A stretch of 64,000 nt of DNA from a virus (lineage: Duplodnaviria; Caudoviricetes), in the IMG/VR virus record IMGVR_UViG_3300046460_000097; one strand, written 5' to 3'. A program made the position numbers and the translations under genes. Within the stretch, counting starts at the first letter, position 1, and every line of letters begins with the position of its first letter. This document shows, piece after piece, positions 26,851 to 34,712 of this stretch. The notes beneath the pieces were generated by a model. The model saw nothing but the letters and a program-made list of their open reading frames with translations. It was not told the origin of the DNA and made no database searches.

Positions 26851-28284
26851 ATGGCAGAGATTCTTCTAACCGAAGCCATCTTCGGTATGGGCAACGCAAA
26901 CCACGACCACGTACACCGTCACAACCAGCTGAACGTCAGCACCATGAACATCGACGCTCTGAAGATGGAACAATTTCAGGGCGGCGTTACTCCGGTAACC
27001 ATGAACAAGATTGCCAATGAGTCCGGCAACTTGAGTCAGATGCCACAAGGTTGGGTGAACATCGAAGACGGTTTCAACATCCGTCGCGGTATCGGTCTGT
27101 TGCGTTTCATTGTTGAGAGCAACTCGCTGGAAAGTTCTGAGCTGTCGGTAATGGGTTACATCACTGGGGGTGGTGCAACTCACGAAGGCATTGAAGGACA
27201 CGCCATGTTTGTACCGGTACGTTCCTGGACTACCAACACGCGTCAGACAGCTGACAATATGGGCCTGCCAATGGCAAGTACTGCTGTGATCAACTCACAC
27301 CAGTTCCTGCAAGGCGATCCAATGGCACAGCACAACCTGAAAGCAATCCGTCCTGCGGATGTGGCACAGGAAGTGTTGGGCTACATGGCTTGCGAGACTG
27401 ACGGTCACGCCGGTGCTTTCGACGGTATCTTGGCAGCAGACCTCAGCAAGAACGTGGTCATGTCCAAGACTGACAACCTTAACCCGGCACACCATGCTCG
27501 CGAACTGTTGAAGATCGCAGCTAACGTGTCTAACGAAGCACGCTTCGGTCAGGTAGAGAACGCTATTGGTGATTCGTTGAACTCGCCTGGCATTCTGGAA
27601 ACGCCGTTGACTGGTAACGACTTCTTCCGCACCATGATGATGAGCACCGGCACTGTGTCGATGGTTGGCTTCATGGGCTGGACGATGGCGGAGATCAACA
27701 ATGTCTTCTCCAACCTGCTCGACGTAATGAACCTGAACCTGTTGAACCCAACGTCCTTTGGGGCTGTGGACAATCTGTTCGGTTCCAAGGAATACGGCAG
27801 CGCCAGTCCGTTCGAAGTAATCGCTTCGGAAGTCGCTTACCTGACAGTTCACCTGCTGATCAAGTGTGGTCTTACCCACCTAGACTTCAGCGCCACCAAC
27901 AACCCGCATCACACGCAAGGTATCGTGGGATCCGATGATGGGGTGGAAATCATCACTGGTGCATTCGGCTCGGTACTCCACCATGACGAATACGCAATCA
28001 ACCGCGTGGAACAGTTCAAGCAACTGCTGAAGCAACACTTCTTTGCCAAGCACACGACTGGCTTCATGCACACCACCACCATCATCAGCGTGAACGTTCA
28101 ATGTTCGGTGTTCGGTGAGACGTCCGTTGAGTTGTTCTTCAACGGTAATCAAGAAGACACTCGCCGCTTTGTCAATGCTACGTACTGTATCAACCGTACG
28201 AGCACCAACATCGCCGGCTCTGAACTCGGCCTCCAAGAAGCCAAGAACTTCATGGACAACATCACTGAATACTTTGCAAAGTAA
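26851..28284 (+). CDS. picA: Phage-nucleus protein import factor PicA/Imp1-like (phiKZ gp69 position)
   Basis: GAGG SD; 477 aa; the call rests on synteny (gp68-gp69-gp70-beta). Confidence 0.58.
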   Translation: MAEILLTEAIFGMGNANHDHVHRHNQLNVSTMNIDALKMEQFQGGVTPVTMNKIANESGNLSQMPQGWVNIEDGFNIRRGIGLLRFIVESNSLESSELSVMGYITGGGATHEGIEGHAMFVPVRSWTTNTRQTADNMGLPMASTAVINSHQFLQGDPMAQHNLKAIRPADVAQEVLGYMACETDGHAGAFDGILAADLSKNVVMSKTDNLNPAHHARELLKIAANVSNEARFGQVENAIGDSLNSPGILETPLTGNDFFRTMMMSTGTVSMVGFMGWTMAEINNVFSNLLDVMNLNLLNPTSFGAVDNLFGSKEYGSASPFEVIASEVAYLTVHLLIKCGLTHLDFSATNNPHHTQGIVGSDDGVEIITGAFGSVLHHDEYAINRVEQFKQLLKQHFFAKHTTGFMHTTTIISVNVQCSVFGETSVELFFNGNQEDTRRFVNATYCINRTSTNIAGSELGLQEAKNFMDNITEYFAK

Positions 28285-28294
28285 GGACTGACAA

Positions 28295-29770
28295 ATGAAC
28301 GAATTGAACAAGCTCTATCGATCCATGCTGATGTCGTGGGGCGGCGTGATCAAGGACGATGGCAAAATCCTGTTCACTATGAACAACCAGAAGGAAGAAT
28401 ACCCGGTACGCATCGACGAGCACGATCTGTACCTGCCGCTGTCCGAAGTGCTGGACGGTAACTGCATGGACAAGGCGTTCTTCCACCCGGCGTGTGAGAA
28501 CATCACGTCGAAAGAAACCGAGGTGTTCAAGATCATCCGCAAGATGACCACGGCCAAGTTGCTGGATACCTTCCGCAACTATCCGGCGGTTCTGTTTGGC
28601 ATTGCCAGCCAGAAGCCAAAGGGTTCGTGGCGTCAGGACATCCTGGACATGCTGGAACCACTCAAGGGTACCAAGCGTACTGTGCGTGACGAACTGAGTG
28701 CTCTGTTCGCTCGTATGAACGTAGAACTGGAAGACAACGGGCTCGACAACCGTTTCATCCACTTTAAGGTTACCAAGGGTGGCGGGCGTAGTACCAAGAC
28801 CGGCGAGAAGGTCTACTACAAAACCAAGGCGCAGTTCCCGTTCTACAACGAGATCACCAAGCGTCTGGCGCGTAGCGAAGGTCAGTCTGACAACCAGCAA
28901 CTGGAACTGAACAACTTCAGCGTATCCCGTGGGGCTCTGAAGCTGGCGCAACATCTGTTCCAGTGCATTCTGCCAATCGTGCAATCGCCTGACGATATCG
29001 AATACGAATCCACCAGCCAAGTGGCCGCGCGTTTGATCTCGTACCTCGGCGCTTACGCCGAGATCGCTGACCAGTTGAATCGAGTTCAGAACACCTTCCG
29101 TGCTGACTTCGACAAGATGGGTCTCTATCCGCTGGATACCGGCTGGATGGAACACATGGACGATCTGGGCGACTGGTACCGTCAGGTTCCAATGCTGGAC
29201 TACAACAGCCACAACACGAACGACGAAAACGACACGTCTCAACAGAACGTGCCAAGTAACTCGAACATGTTCTCGGTTAATCGTCCCCAGCAGAACCAGA
29301 ACCAGCAGCCGCAGGTCAACAACAACCAAAACAACAACCAGCCTAACCTGGGTGGTAATGTGAATGTCGGCGACTACGACACCACAGTTCCACAGATGCA
29401 GCCAGGTGACAAGTACCTGAAGACCGAAATTGACTACATGAACAATAAGGTCCTCCACTACGCGATCAACACGATCACCGGTGGTCAGGTTGTGTATCAG
29501 TGCACCCGCTACGCTAACGTACTGGGCCGCATCGAGAACAACAACATGATGGGTGGCAACATGATGGGCATGGGTATGGGCATGCCTGGCATGGGTGGTA
29601 TGGGCGGCATGGGTAACATGGGCATGATGAACATGATGCCACAGCAAATGATGATGATGCCAAACGGCATGGGTGGCATGATGATGATGCCGCAATCGCC
29701 TACTACTGCTTCTTCGGCAGGTGGTGGTATGGTTGACTTCACTGGCGCCGCAGCGACAACTACGTTCTAA
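28295..29770 (+). CDS. Conserved core protein (phiKZ gp70 position) with Q/N-rich and Met/Gly-rich low-complexity C-terminus
   Basis: AAGGA SD; 491 aa; low-complexity tracts are directly visible. Confidence 0.7.
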   Translation: MNELNKLYRSMLMSWGGVIKDDGKILFTMNNQKEEYPVRIDEHDLYLPLSEVLDGNCMDKAFFHPACENITSKETEVFKIIRKMTTAKLLDTFRNYPAVLFGIASQKPKGSWRQDILDMLEPLKGTKRTVRDELSALFARMNVELEDNGLDNRFIHFKVTKGGGRSTKTGEKVYYKTKAQFPFYNEITKRLARSEGQSDNQQLELNNFSVSRGALKLAQHLFQCILPIVQSPDDIEYESTSQVAARLISYLGAYAEIADQLNRVQNTFRADFDKMGLYPLDTGWMEHMDDLGDWYRQVPMLDYNSHNTNDENDTSQQNVPSNSNMFSVNRPQQNQNQQPQVNNNQNNNQPNLGGNVNVGDYDTTVPQMQPGDKYLKTEIDYMNNKVLHYAINTITGGQVVYQCTRYANVLGRIENNNMMGGNMMGMGMGMPGMGGMGGMGNMGMMNMMPQQMMMMPNGMGGMMMMPQSPTTASSAGGGMVDFTGAAATTTF

Positions 29771-29771
29771 A

Positions 29772-29826
29772 GCGGCTATAAGGCTAGCAATCTGGGGAGT
29801 ACCCCAGATTGCTATTACCTTTTATT
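29772..29826. terminator. Bidirectional hairpin with TATAGCCGC variant on the minus strand
   Basis: TAGCAATCTGGGG-AGTA-CCCCAGATTGCTA perfect stem at 29785-29814. Confidence 0.78.
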
Positions 29827-29828
29827 TT

Positions 29829-30158
29829 TTAGCCTTGTGTGGTGTTATTTCGCGCAATGGCTTTATACAGATCGGTTTCGTCAACCTGTAAGAAGGAACG
29901 CATTTCCGAGATGTCCTGGTTGGGATCAATAACATCATTAAGATAGGCAACAGTCCAACGCAAATGGGCCGGTACCTTCATTGTCCGCAGCAGTCGGTAG
30001 AAGTCTGTACGGAAAGCATACACCATGCTCAGGTCAGTAAACGGTACTACCGAAGCACCTCTGAGCAGGATCTCCTTCTCAGAACGAACCAGGGTTTTAT
30101 AACGATCAGTGTAGAAGAGTGTCTTATCACTGTCCGACTCATTATTCGGGATCGGCAT
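29829..30158 (-). CDS. Small protein, possible LysM-like baseplate wedge (T4 gp53-like)
   Basis: DFYRLL...LRWTVAYLNDVIDP resembles the gp53-type W..+..N.+.DP pattern. Confidence 0.5.
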   Translation of the reverse strand: MPIPNNESDSDKTLFYTDRYKTLVRSEKEILLRGASVVPFTDLSMVYAFRTDFYRLLRTMKVPAHLRWTVAYLNDVIDPNQDISEMRSFLQVDETDLYKAIARNNTTQG

Positions 30159-30201
30159 GACTGTATACCTTAAAGAATTGGGGGCGTTAACCGTTTTTAA
30201 A

Positions 30202-30214
30202 CCTATATCATTAG
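30202..30214 (+). promoter_or_regulatory. Putative phage early promoter
   Basis: TTTTTAAA-CCTATATCATTAG upstream of the beta subunit gene. Confidence 0.68.
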
Positions 30215-30285
30215 GAAGAGACGTATAAGAATTTGGATCTCCTTTAACTAGGGGATCATGTGACTACAGTAAGGAGAGTTGTATC

Positions 30286-32658
30286 GTGAGCATTGTAACT
30301 AAAGAGTCTCCTAAACTGCAGTATGCTGGGAAAGAAAACCAATTACATCCGGCCCTCATGGGTATTTGTGCAAACCTGGTAGCTTTCCCTTGGGTATCTT
30401 CGCCGACTCGTATCTACATGGTCGGTAACATGATTCCCAAAGCTGTGGTGACATCGGGAGCAAGTGAGCGTAAACTCAAGACCGGCTTCGAATATCAGTA
30501 CGCCAAAACTGCGCGTCGTATCGAAGCGCCTTCAAACATGGTCATTGAAGAAATCTTCTACGTAAACACTCTGGGCAATCAGGGTGAGATGACCGACAAA
30601 TGGAACCCGGTCTATATCGTTTTCAAGAACGATGAAAAGAACATGTACGACATTCTGGAGCTGCCGCGTTACAACACCCAGAACACGTACGTAGGTTTCG
30701 AGTATGTGTATGATAAGAACATCATGCGCAAACTGACCAAGGGTGCAGCATTCCCTAAAGGTACGATCTTCGCCAAATCTCCACGTATCAGTAAGACTGG
30801 TGAATGGAACTTCGGCATGGACCTCAAGGTTGCTCCGGCATCCTTCCACTTTACCGAGGAGGACGGCATTGCGATCACGCAGAGCTGCGCGCAGAACAAA
30901 CTGCGTTGCATGTTCAAGCATGAGCGTAAACATAGCTGGAACGAGGAAGAGTGGATTCCGTTGATGCTGTACGGAACTGACGAGAACCCGAAACCGTTCC
31001 CAGAGAGTGGTGAGTCGATTCGTCCGGATGGTCTGGTCATGGGCTTCCGTCGTCGGGTAACCGAGAACGCGCTGGTGTCTCTGACCAAGAAGGCACTGCG
31101 TATTCCGGATGAGATCCACGACATCCTGTTCAAGGCGCCGATCAACTCTGAAGTGATGGCTGTAGAAGTCCTCAGCGATCGCATGAAGAACCGTTCGAAC
31201 AATCGGTCTACCGAGTACATCGAGCAAGCCCACAACGCCGTCCTGGACCGCTATGAGCGTCGTCAGAACGATATGTGGAACGATGTTAAACGTTGGTACC
31301 ATGGTCGCGTTCAAGCTAACCGTGGCAACGACATCGCAACGACCGAGGCTCTGGATAACTTCCTGCGCTTTGCTCTAGGTAACTACACTCGTGACAACAC
31401 CACCGGCAAGATCAACCCGCTGAGTCGTGGTGTCAAGCGAGTCAAACTGAAAGACTGGAACATCAACATCACCCTGCGTGAAATCGTTCCGGGTCGTACC
31501 AAGTTCAAGATGTCTGGTATGAATGGTGACAAGGGCGTAATTGTTCGGGTAATTCCGGATGAAGATGCTCCGCGTTACGACGACGGTACTGTCTGCGAGA
31601 TCATGGTGAACAACACACCAGCATTCCGTAGGCAGATCTTCTCGATGCTGATGGAGCAATCCATTAACTTCATTAACATCAACATCCATAAAGAAGTGGT
31701 CAAACTGCGTAACGCAGGTGAATACATCGAAGCGATGGCGAAGTTGATGGAGTTCTACGATACTGGCTTCCCAGAGTTTGGGGATCTGGTGCGTACGGTG
31801 ACTGTTACTCGCGAAGACATCATCGAGCACGTGGACTACGTGGCGGCGAACCAGATCAGTGTGCAGGTGCGTAGCGATACCAAGCGATACGGTATCGAGA
31901 TCATCAGTGAACTGCGCAAGGTTTACAGCTACAAGCCGGAACACATTACCTTCAAGAACTCTTTGGGGGAAATGGTACGTTCGGTTAACCCTGTGTTGAT
32001 CACCAACCAGCACTTCATGCTGTTGGACAAGTTCGGTACGGATATGTCGGCGCAGTCGTTGCCGATGGCTAACCCATTCGGGATGCCAGCCAAGCTGAAC
32101 GAAGCCAACAAGTACAGCAGTTATCTGCGGGCGATCTGGAACCGGAACTCCGGTGAAACTGAAACTCGTTTGCGAGTCAGCCAGGTAGGTGCCAAAGAAA
32201 CGGTCAAGCAATTGGCCATGGGGTACTCTCCTGAACTGCGGAACCGTATGGCACAGCGTATCATTCGTGCTGACGATCCGATGAACATCAACCAGATCAT
32301 CAAACCTGATGAGTACGGCTACAACCGAGCAGTCCGTATGTCTTCGAGCATGCTGTCTGACTCTGGCTACACTCTGCGACATGAAGTGGAGTCTGACCGG
32401 ACTGAACCTAATCTGGTTATGGCAACACAGATCCCAATCGTTGAGGACCTCAGCAAGCTGATTCAACCTGAGAACCTAGCGCCTCCTGCGCCCAAGCTCC
32501 TCGAGGATCACAATACGTTGATTCGACATGAGCGCCTGACCGCTCCAGTTGTCAAGGATAAGGTCAAGCGTAACCCAGCGCCAGCGATCGAGGCGGATGT
32601 ATTGGAACTCATCGAACAGTTGTCCAATGAAAACGACGTACTGGAAGGAATCAATTAA
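30286..32658 (+). CDS. Non-virion RNA polymerase beta C-terminal subunit (phiKZ gp71-73-like)
   Basis: KFKMSGMNGDKGVI (GDK/GNKG-type motif), EDGIAI and RNSGETETR; AAGGAG SD with GTG start. Confidence 0.9.
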   Translation: MSIVTKESPKLQYAGKENQLHPALMGICANLVAFPWVSSPTRIYMVGNMIPKAVVTSGASERKLKTGFEYQYAKTARRIEAPSNMVIEEIFYVNTLGNQGEMTDKWNPVYIVFKNDEKNMYDILELPRYNTQNTYVGFEYVYDKNIMRKLTKGAAFPKGTIFAKSPRISKTGEWNFGMDLKVAPASFHFTEEDGIAITQSCAQNKLRCMFKHERKHSWNEEEWIPLMLYGTDENPKPFPESGESIRPDGLVMGFRRRVTENALVSLTKKALRIPDEIHDILFKAPINSEVMAVEVLSDRMKNRSNNRSTEYIEQAHNAVLDRYERRQNDMWNDVKRWYHGRVQANRGNDIATTEALDNFLRFALGNYTRDNTTGKINPLSRGVKRVKLKDWNINITLREIVPGRTKFKMSGMNGDKGVIVRVIPDEDAPRYDDGTVCEIMVNNTPAFRRQIFSMLMEQSINFININIHKEVVKLRNAGEYIEAMAKLMEFYDTGFPEFGDLVRTVTVTREDIIEHVDYVAANQISVQVRSDTKRYGIEIISELRKVYSYKPEHITFKNSLGEMVRSVNPVLITNQHFMLLDKFGTDMSAQSLPMANPFGMPAKLNEANKYSSYLRAIWNRNSGETETRLRVSQVGAKETVKQLAMGYSPELRNRMAQRIIRADDPMNINQIIKPDEYGYNRAVRMSSSMLSDSGYTLRHEVESDRTEPNLVMATQIPIVEDLSKLIQPENLAPPAPKLLEDHNTLIRHERLTAPVVKDKVKRNPAPAIEADVLELIEQLSNENDVLEGIN

Positions 32659-34652
32659 TGGCCTTGGAATTTAACCTTCGCGAGTTTGCTAATCTGTCGG
32701 AAGAGAAAGCTCTCCGCTGGAGAGGGTTCCGACTGGCTGTCGAGGTCACGGATGACTTCGGCGAGAAAATGATGACGGACACGTATTCCCTGTTGCTGAC
32801 TTGGCAGGGAATGATGCTGCACCGCATCTACGACAAACTTCCTTACTCGATCAAGGAGATCATTCCGGCTGGTAAGGAAATTGTCTATAACGACAAGACC
32901 CTCGCAATCCCGATGAACTATACGTTGGGTGAAGTGGGTCCGGATATCCACGACCCAGCCGAGTGGGACCGCAACAAACGCGTTGTCCACATGTGGCAAA
33001 CCAAGTTGAACAATCTCATTGTGGTAATGAGTGAGACTTCAATTATCTCTGCAGTAGCAGAGTCTGTGGATGACCTGAAGGCCGATCCTGGGATTGCTGA
33101 GATCAAGCGCAAGGTTCTGGCCAAAGAAGTGACGATCGACGACGGGGAGATGCTGTTCAGCGTTTACCTGAAAGAAGCCGAGAGTCTGAACGACAACACT
33201 GTGGCACTGTTGGCACGTACAGGTGGTGTGAGTATCAACCAAGCGTATCAGACTGCGATCATTCGTGGTTCGGTATTCGACCTGAACAACACCATCATGC
33301 CGAACGCGGTAACCTCCAACTACGCGGAGGGGATCGTTAACCTGGTCGACTCCTTGGGGGACAGTCGCGGTTCTGGTAAGTCGCTTAACTCTAACGGTCG
33401 TGGCCTGAAGGACTCCGAGTGGTTCCACCGCAAGATTCACTTGTTCACTGCGGTTATCCATTCGATCGGTCACGTCACCGACTGTGGTTCTTTGGAGACG
33501 GTTCCAACTCGGGTTGCTTCTACCGAGATGGCCACTTCGATGTTGGGCAAGTACAGGATCCTAGATGACGGTAAGCTAGACCTGATCACCAACAAGAACC
33601 TCAAGACAATCAAGGCAGGCGATCTACTCAACCTGCGTTCGGTTGGCTTCTGTAACAGCCCACCGGGTAGTCCGTGTGGTGTGTGCTATGGCATGATGAA
33701 GTCGGCCATTCCGTACAACACCATCATGGGCAAGGATGCGAACATCGGGATGTATTCCGGTACGACCATCTGTAACCCGTTGGGTCAGAAAATGCTGTCG
33801 ACTAAGCACTTCATCCGAAATGCTGTCAGCAAGAAGTTTGTACCTCACCAACGGGATAAGGACGTTATCCATTCCAATGGTGACGAAATCTTCTTGTCGG
33901 GTGAACTGTGTAAAGAAGGGACACGACTGATCCTCAAGTCAGTCATCGTGAAGGACCTTTCCGATTTGCGTTCGTTGGATGTATTGGACGAAGTGTCGTT
34001 GGATAAACTGCCTTACTTCGGCGAAGTAACGTTCCAGTATGAAGTCGAAGACATCATGGTGGGCGGCACTACTACTCAACAGCACCCAGCAATTACGTCA
34101 GTATCTTCTCGCCACGCCCGCTTTTCTATGGGATTCCTCCGGTATATTCTGGAGAATGGCTGGACGGTACAGGACAAGAAGTTCATCTCGGTGGACCTCG
34201 CCAACTGGAACTCGATCGACCCAATGTTCGTACTCCCATATGTCCGTGAGGACTTGGATGCGCACCGGGCTCGGGTAGAGAACTTCCTGACGTTCAACAA
34301 ACGTAACGCAGCTTGGAAGAAGCAAGTGGTCACGCCTAAGATCTTCGGTGAAGTCATGACCGAGTTCTGGACTCTGATTAACGCAGAGACCAAAGGTATC
34401 AACATGATCCACGTGGAAATGATTCTGGCATGTGCTTTGGCTAAGGATCCGGCAAACAACTCTTACGCATTGGCTACGCAACCGGGCGAGAAGTACTTCG
34501 CCAGTTTCATTAGTTGCATCGATAACCGCGGCAGTGGCGGGATGATGATCTTTGAGCGTCAACAGAACACCATCAACATCCCACGCACCTTTGCTGTGAA
34601 AGATCGACAAGCCAGTCCGTTGGAATGTTTCCTCCATCATGGAGTGTCATAA
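32658..34652 (+). CDS. Non-virion RNA polymerase beta-prime C-terminal subunit (phiKZ gp74-like)
   Basis: SEWFHRKIHL...DCGS bridge-helix region; LRSVGFC...CGVCYG Zn motif; GQKMLSTKH trigger-loop-like segment. Confidence 0.9.
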   Translation: MALEFNLREFANLSEEKALRWRGFRLAVEVTDDFGEKMMTDTYSLLLTWQGMMLHRIYDKLPYSIKEIIPAGKEIVYNDKTLAIPMNYTLGEVGPDIHDPAEWDRNKRVVHMWQTKLNNLIVVMSETSIISAVAESVDDLKADPGIAEIKRKVLAKEVTIDDGEMLFSVYLKEAESLNDNTVALLARTGGVSINQAYQTAIIRGSVFDLNNTIMPNAVTSNYAEGIVNLVDSLGDSRGSGKSLNSNGRGLKDSEWFHRKIHLFTAVIHSIGHVTDCGSLETVPTRVASTEMATSMLGKYRILDDGKLDLITNKNLKTIKAGDLLNLRSVGFCNSPPGSPCGVCYGMMKSAIPYNTIMGKDANIGMYSGTTICNPLGQKMLSTKHFIRNAVSKKFVPHQRDKDVIHSNGDEIFLSGELCKEGTRLILKSVIVKDLSDLRSLDVLDEVSLDKLPYFGEVTFQYEVEDIMVGGTTTQQHPAITSVSSRHARFSMGFLRYILENGWTVQDKKFISVDLANWNSIDPMFVLPYVREDLDAHRARVENFLTFNKRNAAWKKQVVTPKIFGEVMTEFWTLINAETKGINMIHVEMILACALAKDPANNSYALATQPGEKYFASFISCIDNRGSGGMMIFERQQNTINIPRTFAVKDRQASPLECFLHHGVS

Positions 34653-34712
34653 GCGAGGGGTCTCCCGTAAGGGGGACTCCGGTCCCCTTTAAATGGTTTA
34701 GAGGCTTTTTGT

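Noticed and set aside
29539-29695. GGM repeats suggesting a GroEL-like chaperonin tail
   Set aside because: The rest of the protein has no chaperonin motifs. Kept only as a low-complexity finding.
34657-34690. GC-rich hairpin between the beta-prime-C gene and the helicase
   Set aside because: The stem is imperfect, with no clear U-tract or TATGGCTG motif; too weak to call.
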